This document shows positions 29,441-43,410 of a stretch of 64,000 nucleotides of DNA, piece after piece. Source of the DNA: Eledone cirrhosa (taxonomy: Eukaryota); NCBI GenBank assembly GCA_964016885.1, contig OZ024765.1, positions 18,662,001 to 18,726,000 on the forward strand, given 5' to 3'. Numbering within the stretch: the first letter of the stretch is position 1; every line of letters begins with the position of its first letter. The notes under the pieces were generated by a model that had not been told where the DNA came from, did not search any database, and worked only from the letters and a program-made list of their open reading frames with translations. The translations under genes were made by a program, and so were the position numbers.

Positions 29441-30146
29441 ATGGATTTAAGACCATAATTTGGCGACATGAAAATGACGAATAATGTGTTTAGATAATAT
29501 TTACTTTTCTTCAAAATGATAATCCGATTTCACGCTTACTAATGACACCAACAACAACAATAATAACAACAACAACACCAGCAATACATTCTATAATAAT
29601 AACAACACAAAATTATATATATAGTACTTTCTATTTCCATGACGAGACAAAATCTACATCGACGCTGACAATTTCACTTTCACGTCACAAAACATAGTAT
29701 AATATATGTAAAAAAAAAAGATAGCAGAAATTTACTGGAAACTATGTTAACAGAAAGATAACGCGAGGAGGGGAATTTTATACAGAAATATATATGGTTA
29801 TGTATGTGTGAACGTGTGTGTGTATATATGTATATATGTGTATGTGTGTATGACTATATGTGTGTGGATCTGTATGTATGTATATATATGTATGTTTACA
29901 TGCATGCATGTAATACACACACACACATACACGCATATATATATATATATATATGCGTGTTTGTATTTATTTACAAATGAAGAGAGAAAGTGAGAGCGAT
30001 TTGCATGCTTATATATCTATAAAATGTGTATATAATGTATATATATGTATATATATACATATATATGTGTGTGTGTGTATGTGTATCCCGTTTTCAATCG
30101 GTGGTAATCACAGTAAGGCACGCAATACAAAGGAGAGTGTAAATAT

Positions 30147-30190
30147 GGCTTTTCTGATGATTTCCTTCGAATGAAACCGTTTTAGAAGCT
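30147..30190 (+). ncRNA. Minimal hammerhead ribozyme
   Basis: GGCUUUU-CUGAUGA-U UUC CUUC GAA U-GAAA-CCGUU-UU-AGAAGCU. Confidence 0.65.
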
Positions 30191-30200
30191 ATTTTTATAT

Positions 30201-30237
<37 letters not shown>

Positions 30238-30288
30238 GGGGGGGGTATATATATATATCTATATGTTTACATTTATGCATGTTTATAA

Positions 30289-30324
<36 letters not shown>

Positions 30325-30329
30325 TTATA

Positions 30330-30712
30330 TATATAAATATTTCGTATCTCCAAAGAAATACAGTTTTAAGAAGCCGTAGGTATGCAAACACCGGGGGAGT
30401 TAACACCCTCTGGTGATGTCCAGCAGAAGCAAGGGGGACAACCGTCTATGCATTTCAGGCTTAACTGGTCTTCGTCAGGACGGTCCCTCCCACCGCTTGC
30501 GACTGCTGGAGTAGAAGACAGCTGAGAATATATACTTTTCAGTCGCAAGCGGTCGGAAGGACCGTGTTGATGAAGGCCAGTTAAACCTGAAATGCATAGC
30601 CGGTTGTCCCCCTTGCTTCTGATGGACATCACCAGAGGGCGTTAGCCCCCCGTTGTTTGCATAACTACGGCTTCCTAAAACTGTATTTCTTTGGAGATAC
30701 GAAATATTTATA
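30330..30712. mobile_element. Fold-back element, ~170-bp diverged arms
   Basis: Inverted arms around a ~30505-30540 spacer; right arm has a mutated core UUGAUGA. Confidence 0.85.
30441..30484 (-). ncRNA. Minimal hammerhead ribozyme (UGCA loop)
   Basis: ACCGUC-CUGACGA-AG..CU-GAAA-UGCA-UA-GACGGU. Confidence 0.85.
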
Positions 30713-30744
30713 CATATTGTATAAAGCTATGTTTGAAGCAAAAT

Positions 30745-30778
<34 letters not shown>

Positions 30779-30917
30779 GCATCTCTATGATGTAATGTTT
30801 TTGCATAATAGCCACGAAACTACGTAGTCGAGGATAATTTAGGTATATTATATCTTTTTATTTATATCTAATGTTTCTTCTTTCTTTATAATGTATTATA
30901 TATATATATATATATAT

Positions 30918-31518
30918 ATTTCGTTTCTGAATTTGTTTAGCAAGATTCTTTATCTGAAATCGTGTGTTGAAACCGATATTGTTATACTTTGGGAGGGTCA
31001 TGTTGCCAATAAGAAACACACGCACCAGTTGCTTTGACTTCAATTGATTATATATTTATAAATTTATAAATTTACAAATCTACAAATTTATAAATTTCTG
31101 GTTGGTTGGTTGGTTCCACAACCAGATAGCTGTTTATATATAGTCATAGTCCTTTCGTCACCCACTCTGTGACCTCTTCAGTGACTGGGGATTCCTTTCT
31201 TTGTTTCTGTGCCTTTCCTTTCTTCTGTCCTACGCCATTTTGTTTCTGTGTGTTTCACAGAAACAAAATGGCGTAGGACAGAAGAAAGGAAAGGCACAGA
31301 AACAAAGAGAGGAATCCCCAGTCACTGAAGAGGTCACAGAGTGTGTGTGGAAAGGACTATGACTATATATAAACAACTATCTGGTTGTGGAACCAACCAA
31401 CCAACCAACCAACCAGAAATTTATAAATTTGTAGATTTGTAAATTTATAAATTTATAAATATATAATAAATAACTGGTGCGTGTGTTTCTTATTGGCAAC
31501 ATGACCCTCCCAAAGTAT

Positions 31519-31526
<8 letters not shown>
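30918..31526. mobile_element. Family-B fold-back element with hammerheads at 31142-31186 (minus) and 31320-31364 (plus)
   Basis: Palindrome centred ~31252; AGUCA-CUGAAGA..GAAA-GGAC-UA-UGACU. Confidence 0.85.
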
Positions 31527-31604
<78 letters not shown>

Positions 31605-32509
31605 TGGGAATCGTCAGAATGTGGGATACATTTTTTGTGGCGGTCATTCCTGCTCTTATGTTCAAACACCTTGAGGGAAACTTTGCCAGTACTGCAGTCG
31701 ATTCTTCCTCTATCTCTTACACATCTTTCTCCAACTCACTGTTTCTCTCTAGAAGAAATCAACTGTGTTCAGCCTTGGAGAAGGGTGGGGATGGTCTCCG
31801 TTGGATATTAATTAACCAAGTCACGTCGTATGTCACGAATATAAAAGCTAAACTCATAATTCTCTGTACCGGAATTTGAGCTCCGTATTCACCTCCACAC
31901 CTACCTCCGAACAAAAATAATAATGAAATAAACACATAAATAAATAAAATAAAATAAAAAGAAAGAAAAGAAAAAAGAAACATGTCACTAGATTACACAA
32001 TATATTTTGACAAGCGCTCTACCGCTTCAATATTTCACTTCCCTCGAAGGAAAATTATTTAAATGCACGTTTTATTTAAAAGTCACGTTTTTAATATAAA
32101 TCGCCTCAAGGAATCCATTTCTTTCTTTTAAATTTCCTTCTTCTATCATACAAATCTAGTTAGTGTATTCAATCTGGATATACAAAAATATTTCGTCGTC
32201 TTGTGTATGAGACAGCTACAAGTATGCGATGTTACCCCACCCCTGGAGATCGACCCAGCTCCCAGTAGAGGGATTTTGCTGTATAATGTCGATATTCTTA
32301 ATTGGGTGGAAGTCCAGGCATTCACTCACTATATTTTGAGCAGTTTACACTGGTGAGCCACCCTGACAAGCTACTAATGGGCGCTGACCCCCCAGCAGTG
32401 GATGGCTTCGTTGAATCGGCCCATACATCAACGTACCCGATATCTGTCTATTTCTCTGTCCAGCTCTCTGTTTACTACCAATGTTCGTCACAAGTGTGAA
32501 AATACACTC

Positions 32510-33532
32510 TGGATAGGTGCAATGTTTCCGAATACGGAAGGGCCGAACTCCCGCTGTCATCGCCACCATCTCTCTCACCCTCCCCATCTCTCTGTAGAGT
32601 GAGCAAATGGGGGCCTACGTGCTGGCCTCGCCACAGCCCCGCCGGACAGTATGGAGAAAGGTGTTTCCCGGATATTGGTACCCTCCCCCCTATCTCTCTG
32701 TATGGTGAGCAAATGGGGTCCGACGTGCTGGCCGCCCCACAGCACCGGCGGACATAATGGAGATGGCGTTTCCCGGGGTATGGTACCCTCCCTATCTCTC
32801 TGTATGGTGAGCAAATGGGGTGCCCCGTGCGGGCGGCCCAAAAGCCCCGGCGGACATAATCGAGATGGCGTTTCCCGGGGTATGGTACCCTCCCTATCTC
32901 TCTGTATGGTGAGCAAATGGGGTCCCCCGTGCTGGCCGGCCCAAAAGCCCCGGCGGACATAATGGAGCTGGCGTTTCCCGGGGTATGGTACCCTCCCTAT
33001 CTCTCTGTATGGTGAGCAAATGGGGTCCCCCGTGCTGGCCGGCCCACAGCCCCGGCGGACATAATGGAGATGGCGTTTCCCGGGGTATGGTACCCTCCCT
33101 ATCTCTCTGTATGGTGAGCAAATGGGGTGCCCCGTGCGGGCGGCCCAAAAGCCCCGGCGGACATAATGGAGCTGGCGTTTCCCGAGGTATGGTACCCTCC
33201 CTATCTCTCTGTATGGTGAGCAAATGGGGTCCTACGTGCTGGCCGCCCCACAGCCCCGGCGGACAGAACGGAGAAGGCGTTTCCCGGGGTATGGTACCCT
33301 CCCTATCTCTCTGTATGGTGAGCAAATGGGGTCCCCCGTGCTGGCCGCACCACAGCCCCGGCGGACATAATGGAGATGGCGTTTCCCGGAGTATGGTACC
33401 CTCCCCCCGATCTCTCTGTATGGTGAGCAAATGGGGTGCCCCGTGCTGACCGCGTCACAGCCCCGGCGGACAGAATGGAGAAGGCGTTTCCCCGGAGGAT
33501 GGTAATGGAGATCCGCCGGAAGAGCCATTCAA
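32510..33532 (-). mobile_element. CRE-clade non-LTR retrotransposon 3' end with ~102-bp x9 internal tandem array
   Basis: EWLFRRISITILRGNAFSILS resembles the CRE C-terminal FLFQRLS-aiqRGNA motif; GC-rich unit repeated over 32577-33500. Confidence 0.7.
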
Positions 33533-33919
33533 AGACAACCACACCCTCAAAGAGCCAGGGAGAGTTAGTGTCATCCGTATTAGGAGAGTCTACATTCAGT
33601 TCGGCAGATCGATATATCTGTTGCCAGCTAGTTCTCAACGTCTGAAGCATTTTGAAATCACATAATTATTAATTCTATTTTTGTTGTTGTGTTTCTAGTT
33701 TGTCCTTCAGGCAATGTCTACGAGGAGAGCTGGAGATTTGCTGATTCAATCATTCTAGTTTATTGAATGGATCGTATTTCATGGTGAAGGCGTATTGCAT
33801 ACTGCTTAAATTCATGTGTCCGATCCCAGGCTTCTCACAGCCGCGTTCACTCCATAAATAACTCACATATTGTACGTTGTTCTAGTAAAACTACCTGGAA
33901 TAGTTGTAGATTACCACGG

Positions 33920-34870
33920 CGATGATTCTTACATCTTTGATACTTACATCCTACCAGTTGTGTTATATGGTCTTGACTGTTAATTGGACAACAAGGTCAA
34001 TTCACAAGCTCTTTACATTCTAGAACCATATTTTGAGACTTATGACTGGCAAGTGGCTCAGCGACCGTATCTGTGTCAGTGAACTGGTCTTGACTGTGTT
34101 AATTGGACGACAAGGCCCTTTCAGAAGATATCTACATTGCAGAACTACATCTTGAGACTTATGACTGGCAAGTGGCTCAGCGACCGTATCTGTATCAGTG
34201 AGCTGGTATTGACTGTGTTAATTGGACGACAAGGTCACTTCAGAAGCTCTCTACATTCCAGAACCACATCATGAGACTTCTGACTGGCAAGTGGCACAGC
34301 GACCGTATCTGTATCAGTGAGCTGGCCTTGACTGTGTTAATTGGACGACAAGGTCACTTCAGAAGCTCTCTACATTCCAGAACCACATCTTGAGACTTAC
34401 GACTGGCAAGCGGCTCAGCGAAGGTATCTGTATCAGTGAGCTGCACAAAATTACAAACCTCAGACCAATTACATCAATTGTCAAGTCATGAGTACTCTAA
34501 TTATACAGTCGTATGAAAACATCAACTCGTAGTGTGTTAGGTTATGTCTGGAAGGGAAGTTGGCTGGTAAGAGAAGCAGAGGCCGGTAGCCAAAACGATG
34601 GCTTGATAATGTCAACCTATGGACTGGACTTGATCTTTGCTCCTTAAACTCTGGTGTTGGTGATCGAAAGGTATTATATATTCCTGCAAGGAAGGTTGGC
34701 TGGTAAGAGAAGCAGAGGCCGGCAGCCAAAACGATGGTTTGACAATGTCAACCTATGGACTGGACTTGATGATTGCTCTTTAAACTCTGCTGCTGGTGAT
34801 CGAACTTTCTGGAGAAAAATATCTCCTGTTGATGCGCAGTCTGCAGCTGGCGGAGTTTAGTGTCACAAGA
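33920..34870 (+). mobile_element. RTE LINE 3' fragment with ~119-bp x4 and ~137-bp x2 tandem duplications
   Basis: YILPVVLYGLDC..KLSTFQNHILRLMTGKWLSDRICISEL...EGKLAGKRSRGRQPKRWFDNV..DRTFWR. Confidence 0.85.
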
Positions 34871-35354
34871 AGAACCACCGCGATGGACTGGCATCCACTT
34901 TAATGATGTGAAGTCTTGTATTTCATATGTTTATCGCCTATGAATCTATGGTAAAACCACAGATCTTGTTCTCCGGATCAATTAATCGGTGATGAGTAAC
35001 AGTATCGAGTACTCTGATACTTTCTGGTCCACCTGGTATCTAACCCCTCCCTCTTTGTTATATATATATATAGAGAGAGAGAGGGGGTGAGTGTGTGTGT
35101 ATGTGTAAATGTATTCATGTGTGTGGGTGTGTATGTTTAAATGTATTTATGTGTGTGTGTGTATGTGTAAATGTATTTATGTCTGTGTGTGTCTATGTGT
35201 AAATGTATTAATGTGTGTGTGTGTGGTCTTTTTTGAGTGCGATAGACGATAAACTGAATGAGAAGTAGCGTATTGAGTGAAAGAAACATGGCGGTGTTTT
35301 GTGGGGGGTTTTTCTAGTGTGTGTTTTTTTTGCGATAGTATATGACAAATATAT

Positions 35355-35577
35355 GGAGATGAACGAAAAGATAAACAGTTTGAGTTATAGTGAAGGAGGG
35401 AGATAAAGAGAGGGAAAGACTGATGAGAGAGAGAAAGAGAGGGAGAGACAGAGAGAGACCGTGAGATGAACGGAAAGATAAACAGGTTGAGTTATAGTGA
35501 AGGAGGGAGATAAAGAGAGGTGAGAGAGAAGGAAAGACTGATGGGGGAGAGAAAGAGAGGGGGAGAGAGATATAGAG

Positions 35578-35617
<40 letters not shown>

Positions 35618-36078
35618 TGAGATGAACGGAAAGATAAACAGTTTGAGTTATAGTGAAGGAGGGAGATAAAGAGAGGGAAAGACTGATGAGAGAGAGAAAG
35701 AGAGGGAGAGACAGAGAGAGACCGTGAGATGAACGGAAAGATAAACAGGTTGAGTTATAGTGAAGGAGAGAGAGAAAGACGGGTGAGAGAGAGGGAAAGA
35801 CTGATGAGAGAGAGAAAGAGAGGGAGAGAGAGAGAGAGAGAGAGACCGTGAGATGAACGGAAAAATAAACAGGTTGAGTTCTAGTGAAGGAGAGAGAGAA
35901 AGAAAGGTGAGTGAGAGGGAAAGACTGATGAGAGAGAGAAGGAGAGGGAGAGAGAGATTTAGAGAGCGAGAGAGAGAGACAGACCGTGAGATGACGGAAA
36001 GATAAACAGTTTGAGTTATAGTGAAGGAGAGAGAGAGAGAGAGGTGAGAGAGAGGGACATACTGATGAGGCAGAGAAG

Positions 36079-36113
<35 letters not shown>

Positions 36114-37120
36114 CAGTGAGTGTTGAATGTATTGTGTGTGTGTATTATGACTTGCGATATTATATGACAAATATATCGAGATGATTAGAAAGATATCGTT
36201 AGTTATAGTGAATGTGAAACAGGACGGGGGGAGGGGGGTTAAATAGAGAGAGGGGGGAAAGGGAGATAATTAGACAGAAATCATGAGAGAGAGAGAGGGG
36301 GTGATACAGAGAGATAGGGAGATAATTAGATAGAAATCGAGAGAGGGAGGTGATAGAGAGAGAGATAGAGAGAGACAGAGATATAGGGAGATAATTAGAT
36401 AGCAATCAAGATAGAGGGAGGTGATAGAGAGAGATAGGGAGATAATTACATAGAAATCAAGAGAGAGAGAAGTGATAGAGAGATACAGAGGTAAAGGGAG
36501 ATAATTAGATAGAAATCGAGAGAGAGAGGGGATGATAGAGAGAGATAGGAGAAAATTAGACAGAAATCGAGAGAGAGATAGGAGATAGAGAGAGACAGAG
36601 AGATAGGGAGATAATTAGATAGAAATCGAGAGAGAGAGAGAGGGAGGTGATAGAGAGAGGGATAGGGAGATAATTAGATAGAATTCAAGAGATAGAGAGG
36701 GAGGTGATAGATAGAGGCAGAGCGAAAGGGAGATAATTAGATATGAATCGAGAGAGAGAGAGAGGGGGAGATGAGAGAGAGAGGCAGAGAGAAAGGGAGA
36801 TAATTAAACAGAAATCAAGAGAGAGAGAAGGAGAGAGGGAGGTGATAGAGAGAGATAGGGAGATAATTAGATAGCAATCAAGATAGAGGGGGGAGAGAGA
36901 GAATGAGGTGATAGAGAGAGATAGGGAGATAATTAGATAGAAATCAAGAGAGAGAGGAGTGATAGAGAGATACAGAAGTAAAGGGAGATGATTAGATAGA
37001 AATAGAGAGAGAGAGAGAGGTGATAGACAGATACAGAGGTAAAGGGAGATAATTAGATAGAACTCAAGAGAGAGAGAGGGGGAGGTGATACAGAGAGAGC
37101 CAGAGATAAAGTGGAGATAA
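35355..37120. repeat. Two purine-rich (GA) minisatellites
   Basis: Units gagatgaacggaaagataaacag.. (35355-36110) and gggagataattagatagaaatc.. (36240-37120). Confidence 0.9.
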
Positions 37121-37167
37121 TGTGTGTGTATGTGTGCATGTGTGTGTGACTGTTTGCGGATGTGTGT

Positions 37168-37211
<44 letters not shown>

Positions 37212-38115
37212 ATGTGTCAGTATATGTGTTATGTGTATATATCTGTATGTATTTGTTAGTGTATGCGTGTGTGTGTGACGGTGTGTGTATGTGATTAAGA
37301 GAATGTAAGACAAAACAATATGAAAATGAATGTAAAAATAGCGTGAGTGTATATGTTAACGAGTGTATGTTTGTATGTTTGTATGTGTGTACTTGTGTAT
37401 GTGTGCTTGGGTGCATGTGTGTATGTGTGTACGTGGGTATGTGTGTGTACCTGTGTACGTGTGTATGTTTGTATGTATGTACGTGTGTGCTTGGGTGCAT
37501 GTGTGTGTGTGTACGTGTGTTCGCGTGTATGTGTGTTTGGGTGTACGCATGTATGCGTATGTATGCACGCGTCTATTCGTGTACGTGTGTATGTGTGGAC
37601 GTGTGTATGTGTGTATTTGTGTATGTGTGTACGTGTGTAAGTGTGTATTTGTGTGCGTGTGTGCGTGTGTGCGGGTGTGCGTGTGTACGTGTTTGCGTGT
37701 GTGCGTATGTACGTGTTTGCGCGTGTATGTGTGTATATGCTTCTGCGTGTATGTGTAGGCGTGTGTACGTGTGAGTTAGAGAGTGTGTGTGAGAAAGGTA
37801 TGATTATGAAACAGAGAGAGAGAGAGGGAGAGGTAGATAGATTTATGGCGGTGGTGGGTGTAGAGAAGCTGTGTTAGATGGAAACAAAATGGCGGTGACG
37901 GGTTTATTGTGATGATGTTCTTGCGATAGTGAATGACAATGGAATATAAACTGGTAAACTGATACGAAATCTCAGTCAATATTATGATAGCTGTATTTAT
38001 CTGATAACATCGACTATTGTAACAATGTCCACCAACACAGAACACACATACACACACACACACACACATACACACAGATAGAGACATATACACATATAAC
38101 ATACATACTGACAAA

Positions 38116-38175
<60 letters not shown>

Positions 38176-38419
38176 CATGTATGTGTGTTGTATTAAATCT
38201 ATAGTCATAAGGATATATCTGCACAACTTGTATATATATTCGTGGATATATAATTGTATATATATATATATATAAATATATATATATATATGTATATATA
38301 TATATGTATATACATATATATGTATATATATATATATATATATATTGTATGTATAGTTACAGACAGATTTATAAGCCTGCTAGTACAAATATTTAATGAA
38401 CATTGTACTACATATGTTC

Positions 38420-38505
<86 letters not shown>

Positions 38506-38660
38506 CGTGTGTGTGTGTGTATATATATGTATATATAGTGAGAGGGAAAGAGAGTGAGAAAATAAGTTATTCAATGTGAAAGCAATGTTATTTTCACAAA
38601 TGATGTCTCAATTTCATATTGTTAGAGTTAAATGTCATTGTTCCAGCAAGCATAGTGACG

Positions 38661-39950
38661 TGGATTGGCCGCGTCGGCAGACAGTCGGACACGACGCTTT
38701 GCAGCATCGAGTTACGGCCCTTTATGGTCTGAGTTCAAATTCCGCCAAATTTAACTTCGCCTTTCATCCTTAGAGAGTCGATAAATTAAAGTACCGGTAA
38801 CGTACCGGGGTAGCTTTAATCGACTTCCCCCACCCCCAAATTACTGGACTTGATAAATTAAAATACCAGTAACGCACTGGGGTAGCTTTAATCGACTTCC
38901 CCCACCCCCAAATTACTGGACTTGATAAATTATAATACCAGTAACGCACTGGGGTAGCTTTAATCGAGTTTCCCCCACCCCAAATTACTGGCTTCGATAA
39001 ATTAAAGTACCAGTAACGCACTGAGGTAACTTTAATCGACTTTCCCTCCCCTAAATTACTGGCCTTGATAAATTGAAATACCAGTAACGCACTGGGGTAA
39101 CTTTAATCGACTTACCCCACCCCCAAATTACTGGCCTTGATAAATTAAAGTACCAGTAACGCACTGGGGTAGCTTTAATCGAATTTCCCCCACCCCCAAA
39201 TTACTGGACTTGATAAATTATAATACCAGTAACGCACTGGGGTAGCTTTAATCGAGTTTCCCCCACCCCAAATTACTGGCTTCGATAAATTGAAATACCA
39301 GTAACGCACTGAGGTAACTTTAATCGACTTTCCCTCCCCTAAATTACTGGCCTTGATAAATTGAAATACCAGTAACGCACTAGGGTAACTTTAATCGACT
39401 TACCCCACCCCCAAATTACTGGCCTTGATAAATTAAAGTACCAGTAACGCACTGGGGTAACTTTAATCACTTTCCCCTCCCCCAAATTACTGGCCTTGAT
39501 AAATTAAAATACCAGTAACGCACTGAGGTAGCTTTAATCGACTTTCCCTCCCCTAAATTACTGGCCTTGATAAATTAAAATACCAGTAACGCATTGGGGT
39601 AACTTTAATCGACTTACCCCGCCCCCAAATTAATGGCCTTGATAAATTAAAGTACCAGTAACGCACTGGGGTAACTTTAATCACTTTCCCCTCCCCCAAA
39701 TTACTGGCCTTGATAAATTAAAATACCAGTAACGCACTGAGGTAGCTTTAATCGACTTTCCCTCCCCTAAATTACTGGCCTTGATAAATTAAAATACCAG
39801 TAACGCATTGGGGTAACTTTAATCGACTTACCCCGCCCCCAAATTAATGGCCTTGATAAATTAAAATACCAGTAACGCACAGGGGTAGCTTTAATCGACT
39901 TTCCCTCCCCTAAATTATTGGCCTTGTCCCAAAACTAGAAACCATTATTC
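38661..39950 (+). repeat. SINE with internal ~72-bp unit amplified ~16x
   Basis: Single head with B-box (38661-38780), array 38780-39925, single tail. Confidence 0.9.
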
Positions 39951-40259
39951 CACCAAGCAGAGTCTGTATTGACCTAGAGGTAATCAGGCTAGAGAATGTA
40001 CCAACATGTATGGCTTCGTTACTCACCTGCGCCGTTAACAATCATTTGGAAAGAGATCTAAACAAAACATCAAGCTTCACTTGATAACCATTTCGTCAAG
40101 AATTCTAGGACAGAACCGAACGCATATTCAGGATTCCAGAGTCGGAGCAGAATGATACAGACCGAACCTTCAGCTGATCAATAGCGAAACGCATGTCACT
40201 ACTCGATAAACCTAACGATAACCTAACAAATTGTCCTTTTTATTATTAATATATATATA

Positions 40260-40448
40260 TAGGAACGAGTAGGACCCCGACGGCTGAGCTCAAGCCGTTT
40301 CGACGGCTAATTCTGGAATTAGGCGTCGAAACGGCTTGAGCTCAGCCGTCGGGGTCCTAATCGTTCCTATTACCCACTCTACTACCCTAAGTATTGAGTA
40401 CTTTGGTGCGTTATGGTCCACCTGGTTCCTTACCACATGTCCTTCGTT
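40260..40448 (+). mobile_element. Family-A fold-back element
   Basis: Palindrome plus tail. Confidence 0.85.
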
Positions 40449-40622
40449 ATATATATATATATTGTTATACTTTGGTAGTGACATGCTTTCAGATAAGAAG
40501 TCTTGCAAACCAAATTCAAAGACGGAGTATATAAAGAGAAATAACAACACACTCGGTATATGGAAGGGATATATTAGGTTAACGCCTGATATAGCAAGAG
40601 GAGGGTCTTATCGTTTCAGACG

Positions 40623-40682
<60 letters not shown>

Positions 40683-40727
40683 AAGTTAAATAAAAAGTCA
40701 AATATTTAAAATTTAGCTTCGTTTATT

Positions 40728-40782
40728 ACTGCTATATATATTTCAGTGACAGCCATCTTTGGCTGTGACCTCTTCAGGCAGT
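40728..40782 (-). ncRNA. Minimal hammerhead ribozyme (UAUAUA-loop family, divergent)
   Basis: ACUGC-CUGAAGA-G GUCACAGCCA AAGA UGGCUGUCAC U-GAAA-UAUAUA-UA-GCAGU-AAUAAA. Confidence 0.85.
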
Positions 40783-41151
40783 TTGAATTAGTATGGTATA
40801 GACAAGTACATATGTTGTTGAGGTGTATAATATTGTCAATACTCTGATATGCCCAGTTCCTGGTTAGGTTGTTATTTCACTGAGGAACTGCATACTGAGG
40901 TGTTGGTATACAACCTTCATATACTAAAAATCTATATATATATACAGAGAGAGAGCGAGAGAGAGAGAGAAACAACATGCCGTATGTGTTGGTGGGTAAA
41001 GTGTAATTATAAGTAAGAGGAAAGTACGAACGGGGGTTAATTTCCCTTCATCAGTTGTATGCTGGATCACTGACATTTCTACGCATCAAAGACAATATGT
41101 CTAACTCATGTTCGTCCATTACTGAAGGATGGCATTCGTGAAAAAAGGAAT

Positions 41152-41537
41152 ATAATTGTTTCTACTTTTGGCACAAGGCCAGCAATTCACCAGTGCATTA
41201 CTAGTACTTTATTTTATCGACCCCGTAAGGATGAAAGGCAAAGTCAACCTCGGCGGGATTTGAGGTTGACTTTGGAATATAATAAGGAATATAATGATAT
41301 ATATATATATAGATATTTATATGTATACATACATACACACACGCACGCACACACACACACACTCATATATGTATATATATAAAGTATAAGAATAAGGGAC
41401 AACGAGGAACGACCTATTATTGGTAGAATAATTGTTTCTACTTGAGGCACAATGCCAGCAATTAACAGTGCATTACTGGTACTTTATTTTATCGACCCCG
41501 TAAATGCATGGCGTCCGACCCTCTACCGATACTGCCA
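41152..41537 (-). mobile_element. Two SINE fragments (41152-41262, 41426-41537)
   Basis: Match the SINE at 132-318. Confidence 0.75.
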
Positions 41538-41719
41538 AAGCTCGTTCTTCGGGCTGATTGGTAATGAAACATATGTAATATGTTATTAAATATGTTATGA
41601 CGTAACACTCAATATTTGTCCCTTTTTCTTATAGTATTACACTCTGCTCGACGCGAGTATCAAGTGGTCACCCGGCATACAGCCTACGGGCGCAATTTTG
41701 CTTGCAACCATATACCTAT

Positions 41720-41788
<69 letters not shown>

Positions 41789-42000
41789 TACTTGTGTTAT
41801 GGTACTAGAACTGTTTCATTCCAAAGAAAGCCAAAATACACACACACGCACACACGCACACACATACTCACACACACACATACTCACACACACATTTATA
41901 TGTATATAATAAATACATATACGTTTACATATTAGTTTGTGTTTGTATATATATTTTGTTCGTATGTGTATGTATAATAGATACGTGAATGTGAACGGCA

Positions 42001-42029
<29 letters not shown>

Positions 42030-42033
<4 letters not shown>

Positions 42034-42236
42034 AACCAGTAAGACCCCGACAGCTGAGCTCAAGCCGTTTCGACGGCTAATTCTGGACTAAAATGATTTA
42101 GTCCAGAATTAGCCGTCGAAACGGCTTGAGCTCAGCTGTCGGGGTCTTACTGGTTCCTATTACCCACTCTACTACCTCAAGTATTGAGTACTTTGGTGCG
42201 TTATGGTCCACCTGGTTCCTTACCACATTTCCTTCG

Positions 42237-42238
<2 letters not shown>
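42030..42238 (+). mobile_element. Family-A fold-back element
   Basis: Near-perfect palindrome plus tail. Confidence 0.85.
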
Positions 42239-42274
<36 letters not shown>

Positions 42275-42278
<4 letters not shown>

Positions 42279-42492
42279 GTGGAACACTGGAAGGTAATAT
42301 CCGTAGTGGTAGAGCACTCAGTCCATGGGACGAGTTAGGTAGAAGTGGTTACACAGCAGTTAGTTCACCATACCGAAAACAATTGTTTCACCTTAGCGGA
42401 TCCTGAGCTCGGAATGCCCATTCCGAGCTGAGGATCCGCTAAGGTGAAACGATTGTTTTCGGTATGGTGAACTAACTGCTGTGTAACCACTT
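42275..42492. mobile_element. Fold-back element (75-bp arms) with half-hammerhead GAAA-CAAUUG-UU
   Basis: Palindrome 42342-42492 centred ~42417; no CUGANGA. Confidence 0.7.
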
Positions 42493-42667
42493 ATATATAT
42501 ATATATAGAGAGAGAGAGAATTAATACATCTACCAACATATGCGTACAGATGTACACTAATGCTAGTAAATATATAAGTTATGTCAAAGTATCTAGGTGG
42601 TTCAATGCAGGAGGATGCAGAACAATTATATGAAATATATATATATATATATGTATATATCTGTCTT

Positions 42668-43048
42668 ACATATGTTAACCTTGGTCTTCCTCTTCCATCG
42701 TGTCCATGTAGGGGCTCCCACAGGAGCACTGAGTGCAATGTCAACTCTGGATGTCGGTGAGCATGTCCGGCTAACCTCAGTCTCCTCTGTGTCACTTTTG
42801 AGCTGACTTTTGGGAGACTCCCATACAGCTCTGAGTTCTTCATCCTCAGTGTATACTGATTAATGTTCAGAGCGATCCTCAGCATTCTCGTGTAGCACCC
42901 ATCCACCATCTGAGTGAGTTAATGTTGATGCCCTAAGGACAGACACTGGTCTATTGGAGCTCAGGGCATGGCAGTGATAATGAGGGACATAGACCGCTGG
43001 AGAGAAGTTGTCCATGGATCTCGGGAATTTTACCGGCCCTAGATAGAT
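42668..43048. mobile_element. RTE-like LINE 3' fragment with 5' inversion
   Basis: Minus: DGCYTRMLR..RRLRLAGH..GRGRPRLTYV; plus continues VDALRTDTGL..MRDIDRWREVV; extra 3' copy at 45571-45667 (minus). Confidence 0.85.
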
Positions 43049-43269
43049 ACCTCTCTTTAATAAGAATTAATTATTTCTTTTTTTTTGTCTGACAGAGTTG
43101 AAGATATTTCTATGTTAGTGCCCACTATTATAAAACCTATAACTGGATAACCAGATTTATGAACAATTAATCGAATCTTTCGTAGGCAGTGAGATTTGAT
43201 GGGTAAATAAATTGGTATTGTTTCTTCCACATACATGAGTGTGTGTCTGTGAAACATATACACACACAC

Positions 43270-43410
43270 ACAAGGTCCAAACACAAGAGAACCAAACTCA
43301 TGCTGTCATTACCTCCATCTCTCCCGCCGACCCCGTGTGGGCCCACACGCTGGCCTCATCGCAGCCCTGGCGTACAGATTGGAAAAGGCGTTACCCAGGA
43401 GGATGGTGAA
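43270..43410 (-). mobile_element. Diverged CRE 3'-end fragment
   Basis: TILLGNAFSNL; similar to the units at 33440 and 49150. Confidence 0.55.

Noticed and set aside
35420-35940. CTGATGAGAGAGAGAAA hammerhead-like strings
   Set aside because: Inside a GA minisatellite; no stems I-III can form
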